Below, in pieces: positions 51,365-62,899 of a stretch of 64,000 bases of DNA (positions are counted from its first letter, which is position 1; every line of letters starts with the position of its first letter). Made by a program: the position numbers and the translations under genes. A model generated the notes under the pieces. The model searched no databases and was not told where the DNA came from. It was given only the letters and a program-made list of their open reading frames with translations. Source of the stretch: Octopus bimaculoides. Its lineage: Eukaryota. The DNA is taken from positions 122,628,906 to 122,692,905 of the forward strand of contig NC_068985.1 in the NCBI RefSeq assembly GCF_001194135.2, given 5' to 3'.

Positions 51365-52935
51365 TCTTTTACTTATTTCAGTCATTAGACTGCGGCCATG
51401 CTGGGGCACCGCCTTGAAGAACTTTTAGTCGAATGAATCGACCCCAGTACTTATTTTGTTTTAAGCCTGATACTTATTCTACCGGTCTCTTTTTGCCGAA
51501 CCGCTAAGTTACGGGGATGTAAAAAAACAACACCGGTTGTCTAGCGGTGGTGACACATACACACACATATACACACACACACACACACGACGGGCTTTCA
51601 GTTTCCGTCTACCAAATCCACTCACAATAGTTTCGGTCGTCCCGGTGTCACGGAGTGGGACTGAACCCGGTACCATGTGGTTGGGTGGGAAGCAATCTTC
51701 ATGCTTGTAAAGATATCGATCCCGAAAGTTTCGAATAAACACCATTAAGTAGTGCTCTTAACCGGGTGGCTCTTCCAACAGTTTTCGATCGAGTTTCTGT
51801 CCATAAAATTTCATTTACCAAGGGTTGGTCAATCGTAGACTAACCTAGACACTTTTCCAAGATGTGATGAAGTGTGAACGTACCTTCAAATCGCGCAGTT
51901 AGGAAGCGAACCTTTTAAACACACACACCTATCATAACTATTGTTTGTTTTCTTGACTACACTTAATCAAGAGTAATGATTTGGACGAAGAGAGGAGGGT
52001 TGCGGCACTGGGAAACACTCAACAGGACACGCTGCTTTTAAGATATTCTTTTATTCAGCAGCCATACTTATTCTTTGTAAGCCTAGTTCTTATTCTATCG
52101 GCTTCTTTTGCTGAGCCGTTAAGTTACGGGGGGCATAAACACACCAGCATCGGTTGTCAATGATGGCGGGGTGGTTGGGGGACAAACACAGGCATACACA
52201 AATATTTACACACACACAGATATATGGTTCATATAAAGGATCGAATTTCTAAAAAAACTCTGATGGATTAAACAAGAGTTTTAATTATCTAACTTAATGA
52301 CAATGACTGATGACTGAATAAAAGACAAAGTCAACCCCGCTGGAAGAAAAAAAGACAAAACTTTTATATAAATATATATATATATATATACACATATATC
52401 CGACGGACTTTCAGTTTCCATCTACCAAATCCACTCACGAAGCTTTGGTCGGCCCGAGGCTATAGTAGAAGACACTTGCTCAAGATGCCTCGCAGTGGAA
52501 CTGAACCCGGGACCATGTGGTTGGTAAGCAAGCTTCTTACCACACAGCCACGCCTGTCCCTATAAATGAGTTTGAAAAATCTTGGATATTCTTTTACTCT
52601 CGTATTTGTTTCAGTCATTTGACTGCGGCCATGCTGGAGCCTTTAGTCGAACAAATCGACTCCAGGACTTATTCTTTGTAAGCCAGGTATTTATTCTATC
52701 GGTCTCTTTTGCCGAACCACTAATTTACGGGAACAAACACACCAACATCGGTTGTCAAGCGATGGTGGTGGGAACACAGACACACAAATACACAGACATA
52801 CACACACACATATGCATCTACGACGTCTACCAAATCCACTCACAAGGCTTTGGTCGGCCCGAGGTTATAGTAGAAGACACTTGCCAAGGTGCTACACAGT
52901 GAGACTGAACCTGAAACCATGTGGTCGGGAAGTAA
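51365..52935 (-). mobile_element. Cluster of three family-A SINEs (51365-51700, 52030-52555, 52590-52935)
   Basis: The same core sequence as 42490-42898 appears in reverse orientation. Other copies lie at ~4040-4215, 4860-4990, 12945-13150, 20620-20985, 21150-21340, 25800-25950, 32670-33000, 35235-35640 and 44757-45140. Confidence 0.85.
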
Positions 52936-53165
52936 GCTTCTTATTTCTTTACTGCCCACAAGGAGCTAAACATAGAGGGGACAAACAAGGACAGACAAAG
53001 GAATTAAGTCGATTACATCGACCCCAGTGCGTAGCTGGTACTTAATTTATCGACCTCGAAAGGATGAAAGGCAAAGTCGACCTCGGCGGAATTTGGACTC
53101 AGAACGTAGCGGCAGACGAAATACAGCTAAGCATTTCGTCCGGCGTGCTAACGATTCTGCCATCA
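52935..53165 (-). mobile_element. tRNA-derived SINE family B
   Basis: Minus: tggcagaatcgttagcacgccggacgaaatgcttagc...gccgaggtcgactttgcctttcatcctttcgaggtcgataaattaagtaccag. Many other copies, e.g. ~420-580, 700-840, 17780-18000, 22540-22920, 24230-24660, 43090-43700, 45560-45780 and 46540-46800. Confidence 0.85.
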
Positions 53166-53459
53166 TGCCGCCTTCTTACCACACAGCCACGCTTGCGCCT
53201 AACTCGCTATTTTAGAATTTTTATAGCTATCTTACTGAATATAATTTAAAATTATCGATTAGGCCTTCTAATTTAGGAACAATTGAATGTAAGCCTTCTA
53301 ATTTCGGCCAATTCCTGCATGTAGGAGACAGATGTATCCTTGTCTTCATATAGAATATCATCGCTAGTGAAATCCCAATGTAAGACTGAAACTAACACGA
53401 AGGTGCCTACATCTGTGCGCTAGCACGAAGTGGCTAAAAATTTATATTATTAGTGCAAT

Positions 53460-53530
53460 TTCCATGCTGGGAATTGAACCCATTCTGCCTGGTTGAAAAC
53501 CAAGAATCACAACAACAAGACCACATAAGA
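53460..53530 (-). pseudogene. Decayed tRNA-Glu(TTC)
   Basis: Minus: tcttatgtggtcttgttgttgtgattcttggttttcaaccaggcagaatgggttcaattcccagcatggaa. It is collinear with eukaryotic tRNA-Glu(UUC): anticodon stem cttgg/ccagg with loop TT-TTC-AA, and a T-arm GGGTTCAATTCCC. The D-loop GG and acceptor stem are damaged. Confidence 0.6.
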
Positions 53531-53910
53531 TGACTTAGTAGTTACGATTCTTGGCTTTCTAGATATACTCTCTTGCACAATAAAGCATCTCACTGTTGTC
53601 CTGCTAATGGTTCTGTTATTTGCTGTTTTAAACCTTATTCTATTTTGAATGCCAGATGTCTATTGAAAATTCTTATTGTTCATATAAAGGATCGAACTTC
53701 TAAAAGCTCTGATGGATTAAATAAGAGTTTTAATTATCTAACTTTATGACAATGACTGAATAAAAGACAAAGTCAACCCCGCTGGAAAAAAAACAAAAAA
53801 CTTTTTCGCTTCAACTAAATTTTTCGCTCAGCGAAGCCTGCAAAAGAATTTCTATGTAGTTTCACGATAAAATCTCCCCAGATAACTCCTTTGTGTCTTG
53901 GTCTTTAACT

Positions 53911-53941
<31 letters not shown>

Positions 53942-53944
<3 letters not shown>

Positions 53945-54427
53945 GAGGCACAATGGCCCAGTGGTTAGGGCAGCGGACTCGCGGTTTCGATTCCCAGACC
54001 GGGCGTTGTGAGTGTTTATTGAGCAAAAACACCTAAAGCTCCATGAGGCTCCGGCAGGGGATGGTGGCGAACCCTGCTGTACTCTTCCACCACAACTTTC
54101 TCTNNNNNNNNNNNNNNNNNNNNNNNNNNNNNNNNNNNNNNNNNNNNNNNNNNNNNNNNNNNNNNNNNNNNNNNNNNNNNNNNNNNNNNNNNNNNNNNNN
54201 NNNNNNNNNNNNNNNNNNNNNNNNNNNNNNNNNNNNNNNNNNNNNNNNNNNNNNNNNNNNNNNNNNNNNNNNNNNNNNNNNNNNNNNNNNNNNNNNNNNN
54301 NNNNNNNNNNNNNNNNNNNNNNNCACGTGTCTGTGGAGTGCTCAGCCACTTGCACGTTAATTTCACGAGCAGGCTGTTCCGTTGATTGGATCAACTGGAA
54401 CCCTCGACGTCGTAAGCGACGGAGTGC

Positions 54428-54432
<5 letters not shown>
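53942..54432 (+). mobile_element. tRNA-derived SINE (separate family), spans a gap
   Basis: A-box TGGCCCAGTGG and B-box GGTTTCGATTCC; the 3' end ...gtcgtaagcgacggagtgccaacaa is followed by (TA)n. Confidence 0.75.
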
Positions 54433-54472
<40 letters not shown>

Positions 54473-55356
54473 CAAAACAAAAAGGAAGTAAGGAATGAAG
54501 GAAGAACGTCGTTCACAAAGTAGTGCTTAATATACGAAAAGATACGATTGTCGTAGATTGAACGTCTTTGATCATCGGTCTGTTCAAATAAGACTGACCA
54601 GGGACAAAACGACAACAAGGATCCAAATTTGGCACCAGGCCACAAAATCTCAGAAATCAAACAGTATGACGTCGATACCGTTTTTTTTTTGAAATCGTGA
54701 GCATTGTAAATGGAGCGAATTAAGGCCCAATTATGAAAGGGAACGCCGTTCATTAACCCGTTTCGTTCATGAATAAGATCAACTGCAGGTTGCACCTCGG
54801 TGTTCACTGGCGACCATTGACAAAATATCGTGTGATGCATTCAGACATATTTTATCTGGATAATTGACATGAGCAATTATATTGAAGATATAATTATTTA
54901 TTCAATATACTTTGTCGACATGACAGTCCATATTTCTTTAATCAATATGTTGGGGGATTGAATTAAAACGTGTCCCACAAGACAATCAGTTCTTTGAATG
55001 TAAGCCATGCTTAAATGCTGACTTACACATGGAACACATTCAAGCTCCCTGATAAGCAGCTATATCTTAACTCATAGTAATAATGAAAAAAAAAAACGGC
55101 TTTCGATATGATATAGATAACATATGATTATATAACGAAATGTTTACTAATATTTAGCTAGAACAATACATATGCACTCATGTGTGTGTGTGTGTGTGTG
55201 TGTGTGCGTATATATACATATATATATATATATATATTTAGGAAGTTGTTTGATCGACCGATCAGAGAGTGACCATTGGTTTCGCTCCTATAAAGCGCTT
55301 AGCTGTGTAAGCGACTCGTTAGACTCAAATGACCGGAGGCACCCAACCTCTCTACC

Positions 55357-55408
<52 letters not shown>

Positions 55409-56849
55409 GTTTTGGAATAGCTACCTCTATATCAAAGGAAAGGGAAAAGGCACAGGTTTGTGGAGTGCTAAAAATGTGAAAATTGAATTTGTTAGGCGGG
55501 ATGGAGGGGAAGATACAATGAGAATTCGTAATTTCCATTGTATGAAACATAATACTTAAAAAAAACGAAAGTGTTGGGGGCGGGAAATATTCAATTTGTG
55601 CCCTTTCTCTTCCCTGTGAAGTAGGAATATTTCATTCCATAACTCTGCGTGTGTGTCCTACAAACCCGGGTTATGAATAAACTTAGCTTGAATGTTCGGG
55701 TATTAGAAACCGGGTCGTAGATTCAATGGGCACTCATCTCTCACACAAGCACGCGCGCCCACACGCAATTGATAACATATTGTCACTATAGAAAGCTAGA
55801 TTATTTCATCAACAATATGAACAAGACAATGTGAGCAACAGCGGTTTCGAACCGAAATCGAAACCAGAGTTGATTGAATAGGAAGTGAATGCTAGCTAAC
55901 AACACCCAACGAAGATGCATGCACATACATGCAAGCACAAGCGCATCAACAGCGTGCTTCCTAATTAACAGAAATTCATTATCACACTTATTATGTTTTA
56001 CAGTATTTTAATCGAGATTCTACAGAGGAAAGAAAACTGCTTCCTTTATTTATCTATTTATTTTTTTATAATAAACATGAAGTAACACCCATCAGCATTA
56101 CAACGAAAACAAATATATACACACGTATATGTTAAGCATCCATCAATTCAGTACAAGGATACATACATGCATGCAAAATCAGCACACACACACATTCGCC
56201 CACACACAAACAGACACGCAGACAAAACGCGCGTCGAAACACTCACAAAATGCTCGCATGCACATAAACTACCGTTATGAAAAGATGTTGGCACAGATAT
56301 TTATACGATGCACGCACGCACACACACACACATGCATGTTTACGCAATATGTTATCATACCTGTATATTTACAGAATGCATAAACGCATACACCTTTTAT
56401 ACGATGCGGACATATTTATACGACATACGGACATAAGCTCGCACACACACATTTATATATCTACAGACATTATACACGTATACACAGAATATTTATGCCC
56501 ACACACATTGTAAATGCGTGTGTGCACACACACATACATACATGCACACATTATATGCCCTCACATATATTTACAAACGCTTTATGCACATATTTACATT
56601 CGTTGCATGCAGACGCACTACACATTTACACGCTATATGCGTGCACACACACACACACTTTAATGATATACATATGCAATTACGGTGATAAAACATACAC
56701 AGAGAATGTTAATGAACTGTTCATTTAGGTTGAAAACCAGGTGAGCAAAACCTTGCATACATTTCCCGCAGACATATCAGTACATACACACCTGTGTTAT
56801 AAATTAATGCATACCTGAATGATTAAAGAAATATATTTTTTTTGCTTAC

Positions 56850-57093
56850 CTTCCGGTGGGAAGTCATCTTCGCCGCTGTCCTCCGTGGTGGCAGAAGACT
56901 GTTTCGATAAACCTGTCTGCCATTCATCTTTTCGTCTCCCGGGAGAGGAAAACAGAGAACTTTGGCTAGTTTTGTTGAGTTTGGTAAAATAGTCTGCAGC
57001 ATATTGGATGAGGTTGGCTGGCCGTTCTCTGAGTACAGACACGGTAAAACCCTGTAGAAGTTCGGTTAATCCGGGTGGAATCTCAAAGCTCAT
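56850..57093 (-). CDS. PRKAR2: First coding exon of cAMP-dependent protein kinase type II regulatory subunit (RIIa dimerisation/docking domain plus start of linker); 81 codons + 1 nt
   Basis: Translation [39 protein letters not shown] matches the RIIa D/D motif (IPPGLxELLQxFTVxVLRxxPxDLxxFAxxYF). ATG at 57093-57091. The exon ends GAA G|GTAAGC (GT at 56849-56848), a phase-1 intron, which I recall is also the phase after exon 1 of vertebrate PRKAR2. The ORF-track extension GKQKK... is intron read-through. Confidence 0.9.
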
Positions 57094-57812
57094 TGCTTCT
57101 GACAGACACGAGACTGAGAGAGATGGAGAGAGTAGCAGATACGCGCACGCTTACTTTGGAAACAACAACACGGTGGGAGAGATTAATAAGAGAATATATA
57201 TATGCTTGTGTGTAAAAATAAAGGGAATAAATAAAAAAATATATTTCCTGTTGTTCTTGCTGTTATGTATGTATATTTGTGATGCAAAGAATTTCACTTT
57301 GGACTTTGAATTTTTAAATAATTTTAAATGGAAAGTTGCTTAAAGATGGGACTACTTCATATAAACAGGAGAAACTATTATTTAACGGTAAAGTCGCAAG
57401 AAAGAAAGAAAAAAATGACGAAGTTTTCAACAGAAAAGAAAAGGAAGTTCTTAAGAATCCGAATTTACGTGTGAGAATATAAAGACACAAATAATGCAGT
57501 GATATACTTCTTTTTTCTTTCTTTCTTTTTTTCTTTTTTAGAAAAGAATTATAATTACAATAAAATCAACAAAAGATAAATACGGAAAACAAGGCTAAAA
57601 TACAACCAAGAAAAAAACAAAATCAAAAAATAAGGAAGAGAAAAAAAGTTACTCAAAGATTGCTTTAAGGAGGTGTGAGGGTCGTCAAAGCAACTGGTTT
57701 CCAAAAGTGAAACAGAGAGAGAGAGAGAGAGAGAGAGAAGGTAACCAAAATGTATCTAAAAAAATAGTTTCCAAATAATGCAAAACGTGACACTGCACTC
57801 TAGAATAGTAAC

Positions 57813-57889
<77 letters not shown>

Positions 57890-58239
57890 TGTGTGCTGTG
57901 TGTAAGTATTCGATATTATTGGCGGATATGTAAGATGTGGGTATTTGCAAGAATGTGCAGATGTGTATTTTACACAGACAAAACAACAACAACAACAACA
58001 AGAAAAACGGTTCAATACATTCAACTGTTAATATGTAAACATACACATACAAAAAAGGCTTAAATATATGTATATATACATATATTTATGCAAAAGAAAA
58101 TATTGTATAACATAAATATTTTCGATTGTGTTTTCTTTCTTCCAAAATATTTGTAATTTTTTCCCCTCGATGTTTTTGGCCTTTTGACAGCGGTGATGTA
58201 TATATATTTACATACATACGTATGTATATAAGTGTACAC

Positions 58240-58270
<31 letters not shown>

Positions 58271-58769
58271 AATATATATCGTTCACCTCTGTCACCAATT
58301 TGTTTTTATGCTATTCTTTGGTTTTCCTTTTTTCCTTCGCATTCGTTCCTTCTCTCTATCACTCTCTCTCCCTCTTTTTCACTTTTTCTTTTTTCATTTA
58401 AATCCAAAAAAACTTCAGCGTCAGAAAATGATAGTAACAATAATAAAACGGATGATGGTGGTGGTGGTGGTGACGGTAATGAGAGAAACAACGACGATGA
58501 AGAGGAAATAAAGACCTATCCATTTGCATGCAAGCTACGATAAACCAGTGCCATAGAGAGAGGGAGAGAGAGAGAGAAAAGAGAGAGAGAGAGAGAGAGG
58601 GAGAAAGACAGACAGACAGACAGAGAACTTAGTCAGAGGCAGAGACACGCGACAACTGAATTACAAAATCTGCTTTCTTTCTTCCTTCCTTTCTTTCCTT
58701 CCGCGTCTTGCTTCTGCTTCTGCTGCTGCTGCTTGTCACCGCCGCCACCGCTTCTACTCTTCTACTTAC

Positions 58770-59408
58770 CTGTTACTTTATCTCTCTGTCTATCAGAATC
58801 TCCTTCTCAAATTCGTTTAGTCTTTCTCTCTCTTACTCCATATTATCTTCATGTAACACTTGTTCACTTGCGTTTTCTAGTTTTCTCCCTCTCCCTACAA
58901 CCTTTTTTTCACTCGCTATTATCTGTTACTCATGTTTATGCTCTCTCTCTCTCTCTCTCTCTCCTTCTCTCTCTCTCTTTCCGACACTATTTTGCGTTAC
59001 ATTTCTTCTTACCGTTCTTTTTCTCTCTCCACATTTTCTTTTGCACTTTTTCAGATATCTCTCCTTTCTCCCCCCCCCCTCTATCTTCTTTCACACACAG
59101 ACACACGCAATCTCTTTCCCCCCCTCTCACTCTTACATTCTATTTAGTTCATTTATCTTTTCTTTTCCTCTGTTTCTTTCTCTTTATATTCTCTTACACT
59201 TATTAAACCCCCCGCTCTCTCTCATTATACATGTTTACTCTATTCTCTCACACAGTGTCTTTCTTCCTTTCTTTGTTACTGTCACTCCACCCCCTCCGCC
59301 TATCACTCTACTTCATTCCTGTCTTTTCTCACTGTATTCTCTTGCTCTCTTATTTCCCCAGTCTTTCTTCACTGTCATCTCCCTTTTAATTTTATATCTA
59401 TTATTAAT
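58770..59408 (-). other. Candidate non-coding (5' UTR) exon of the PKA-RII gene
   Basis: Minus strand: long polypyrimidine tract + CAG acceptor (ttttgttttttctttctttttgtctcgtgctgcag, AG at 59410-59409) and a consensus CAG|GTAAGT donor (GT at 59 kb side boundary 58769-58768). The purine-rich interior has stops in the frame I translated. Confidence 0.35.
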
Positions 59409-59465
59409 CTGCAGCACGAGACAAAAAGAAAGAAAAAACAAAACCTCTTTCAGTCTCAGAATTAT

Positions 59466-59466
<1 letters not shown>

Positions 59467-59531
<65 letters not shown>

Positions 59532-59564
59532 AATCTATCTATCTGTCTATCTATCTGTCTATCA

Positions 59565-59611
<47 letters not shown>

Positions 59612-60188
59612 AATCTATCTATCTATCTATCTATCTATCTATTAACCTATCTATCTATCTATGTATGGATATTCTACACCATCTTTCTCTATATACATAT
59701 ATTCATACGTACATGCATAAATTTATGCATGCATACATACATACATATATATAAGCATTCATACGTATATACATGCATATTTACCTGTTACATACATGCA
59801 TATATACATATAAATATATATATATNNNNNNNNNNNNNNNNNNNNNNNNNNNNNNNNNNNNNNNNNNNNNNNNNNNNNNNNNNNNNNNNNNNNNNNNNNN
59901 NNNNNNNNNNNNNNNNNNNNNNNNNNNNNNNNNNNNNNNNNNNNNNNNNNNNNNNNNNNNNNNNNNNNNNNNNNNNNNNCATACATGCATACATGCATAC
60001 ATACATACATACATGCATACATACATACACACATACATGCATACATACACACATACATGCATACATACATACATACATGCATGCATACATACATACATAC
60101 ATACATGCATACATACATACATACATACATATACACACATACATACATACATACATACATACATACATACATACATACATACATACAT
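59467..60188. repeat. Compound microsatellite block (ATCT)n then (CATA)n/(CATG), with a gap
   Basis: Read directly. Other long microsatellites include (GT)n 1-66, (GA)n 4455-4560, (GT)-rich 10505-10672, (CT)n 11656-11725, (TA)n 11938-11990 and (CA)n 24941-25020. Confidence 0.95.
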
Positions 60189-60253
60189 AGAGAGAATGCA
60201 TCTGGGTCTATAAAAATCTGCAAAAGACATGATACTTTCCTTCACAACGTTGC

Positions 60254-60298
60254 TTGTCAAAATTGTCAAAATTGTCAAAATTGTCAAAATTGTCAAAA
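60254..60298 (+). repeat. Perfect 9-bp tandem repeat (TTGTCAAAA)x5
   Basis: Read directly. Confidence 0.95.
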
Positions 60299-61399
60299 TT
60301 TACTCTAAATTAAAAAGAGAAAGAGAACATACACACATACTTACCTACCGATCTACGTACGTACGTACCTACCTACCTACCTACCATACATGCATGGTGG
60401 TTGTCAAATCGATTTCGAGTATAACCAATTTCTTATGATAAAAGTATGCCTGTAACAAGTATAATATCATCTCTACCACGGGCCGTCTCTCAGATGACAA
60501 CTTAGCTATGGTAGCGTTTAAATTATGATATATTTTTTTTTGTGGAAACTGTCGCACATAATATTGTAAAAGATCACATCACCAACAATACCTCTGCGCA
60601 TGTGCTGTCGTACAAAATGGATTTTCAGCCTGGCAATGCATGAGCACCTTCTTGGGCACAAAAAACATTGCTGATGTTTAAGGACTTAACGTTGTGGCTT
60701 GCGAGGCCAGGAAATATTTAATTTTCTGGCTTGTACCTGGATGCTTACCAAGAATTAATTCTTTATAAAGTAACCACGTTAGAATCCTAAGTTTTGATCA
60801 TCAGTTTTGACAGAGCGCCATTTGAGGTGAAGCAGACATGCATGCATAGCTACATACATGCATGCATAGCTACATACATGCATGTATGCACAGAAACACA
60901 TCTTTCTATTGTAAAGGGCACACGCCTTTTTTAAGAGGCACAAATTACATGTGTGTTCATGCATATGTCTGTTCTCGATATAAAATCAATCCCCTGTCGT
61001 GTTGTCACCGTGAATTTGCAGTTGGTATAACTTAGAAAAATCATGAGCACACACACACACACGAGTGTACAAATGTATTTATGTATATACATTCGTAAAC
61101 ACACACACACACACACACACGCACACAAATGCATGTATATACGTAAACATGTGGTTTCATATATACGAGCATATGGACACACTGATTCAAAGAACACAAA
61201 GCCTATGCTTTGAAAACCGCATATGTATAAACAATAGATATATACACATAATTATGTATACATATCTATACTTTTTCTGTGATTGGTTTCTTTCTGTAGT
61301 GAAACTACCTATCGCCATTAGATACAAAACTACTATCGCCATTACATACAATCTTCTCATTTAAATATAAATAAATGCGAGCGTAGTAGAGAACCCATT

Positions 61400-61555
61400 C
61401 CTTGTCATCACGTGACTGATCATTATTCGAATCGGCAACTTCTTCGAACCTTTCCCGCCAGAACGCAAACTGACCAATCACGGCCCCTAATAAGGTCACG
61501 TGATAGAGTAAAATTCTGAAGCCATTGGGAGCCCATAGTTTGTTATAAATAGCTT
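61400..61555. promoter_or_regulatory. Promoter-like motif cluster (two E-boxes, E2F-like site, two CCAAT boxes, TATA-like box)
   Basis: ATCACGTGAC 61407-61416, TTTCCCGC 61451-61458, CCAAT 61474-61478, GTCACGTGAT 61495-61504, ATTGG 61524-61528 and TATAAATA 61544-61551, within CpG-rich, non-repetitive sequence. Confidence 0.5.
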
Positions 61556-62899
61556 TAACTTATATCCAATAATTTGTCTCGGTCCAGTTTCTCCTTGAGA
61601 ACTGTTCCGTGTACCACACGACAGCAGCAGCAGCCAGCGACCACTTCAGCAGCTTCGTCCAGCCACGATGACTTCCGCCGTCGCCACATCAGCAACAAGA
61701 GTCTACTACTACTATCCAGCATCATCATCATGACCAACACGATTCTACGATTACTACNNNNNNNNNNNNNNNNNNNNNNNNNNNNNNNNNNNNNNNNNNN
61801 NNNNNNNNNNNNNNNNNNNNNNNNNNNNNNNNNNNNNNNNNNNNNNNNNNNNNNNNNNNNNNNNNNNNNNNNNNNNNNNNNNNNNNNNNNNNNNNNNNNN
61901 NNNNNNNNNNNNNNNNNNNNNNNNNNNNNNNNNNNNNNNNNNNNNNNNNNNNNNNNNNNNNNNNNNNNNNNNNNNNNNNNNNNNNNNNNNNNNNNNNNNN
62001 NNNNNNNNNNNNNNNNNNNNNNNNNNNNNNNNNNNNNNNNNNNNNNNTATTGACTCTCTTTCTCTCTGCTGTAAACACTCACACACATGTATCACTCACA
62101 TACACACTTTTCTTTGTACGACGGCCTGTCTTCGATTATGTTATTATATGTCGCATTCACACTCTCACACAGACATACATCTTTAACGCTACAATAAATA
62201 TCTCTGTTATTTCATCTAATACGGTTGTGGTCTTTCATTACTGGTCATCTATGTTATCGTCGCATAACATATCATCTATATCATCTTTGATATATATATT
62301 TGTATGTTCGACCGTGTGACGCGTTTAAATAAAAGGAGTCCTCTGTTTTTCCATTCGTCACCATTTCTCCTTTTATGAGTTCGCACGGTCGTCCCTTACA
62401 TTTCTGTCAACGGCGTGAGCCAATGAGATGGCCTCTACCAGTCATATCTCTCACTGTCTTGAAATGAAAGAAAAATTAAATGATGCATTGTCATTTGTGT
62501 CTGGGGAAGGTAGGTTCATAGCCGGAATGATTTTCACCATATATGTACTCAAGTAGGGATCACCAGGGGTTAAACGACTGCAACAGATATAATACCAACA
62601 GCGACTATGAATGTTTCCCAACTAAGAATTCTCTGCATCATTAATTTTAAACCATTTCTCTGTCATTTGGTTCTCTAAGTTGATGTGGTTCGCCAATTAA
62701 CCTCTTACACATATGCAAAGATATAGAGTTCAAAACATATCCTCCGATATAACAGTGTTTTAATAGCCATTTGAGGACACAGCTACCCACATATGTATGC
62801 ACAAATCACATGCCATCACGCCCCACAAGCAAAAATAGATCCATGCAACCAAGAGAGAAACAGAAAAATAGAAAGAGTTAAAAATAATTCAGTCAGAAA

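Larger units (their letters stand above)
1..56849 (-). other. Probable intron 1 of the PKA-RII gene (or intron 1 plus an unrecognised micro-exon)
   Basis: Canonical donor at 56849. No RRxS inhibitor-site or cNMP-binding-domain sequence was recognised on the minus strand down to position 1. The region is filled with repeats. Confidence 0.6.

Noticed and set aside
53852-54491. ORFs spanning N-runs (also at 29.6-30.2, 50.1-50.4, 59.7-60.3 and 61.5-62.1 kb)
   Set aside because: They are open only because Ns hide stops. The exception is the RT portion of 30137-30695, reported as a LINE.
54690-54830. CATTGT/TAAT-rich stretch that looks like a conserved enhancer
   Set aside because: Short motifs are expected by chance, and conservation cannot be assessed from one sequence.
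56129-56728. H/T/Y-rich ORFs downstream of the PKA-RII exon, and the many similar microsatellite ORFs in the track
   Set aside because: Translations of degenerate (CA)/(TA)/(CATA) repeats.
58708-59754. 348-aa plus-strand ORF rich in L/S/F/I/Y
   Set aside because: It is the translation of a CT-rich tract and (ATCT)n; pyrimidine-rich strands lack stops, and there is no domain.
60610-60750. FQPGNA*APS...WLARPGNI, faintly Tc1-like
   Set aside because: Too degenerate; no TIRs or second supporting motif.
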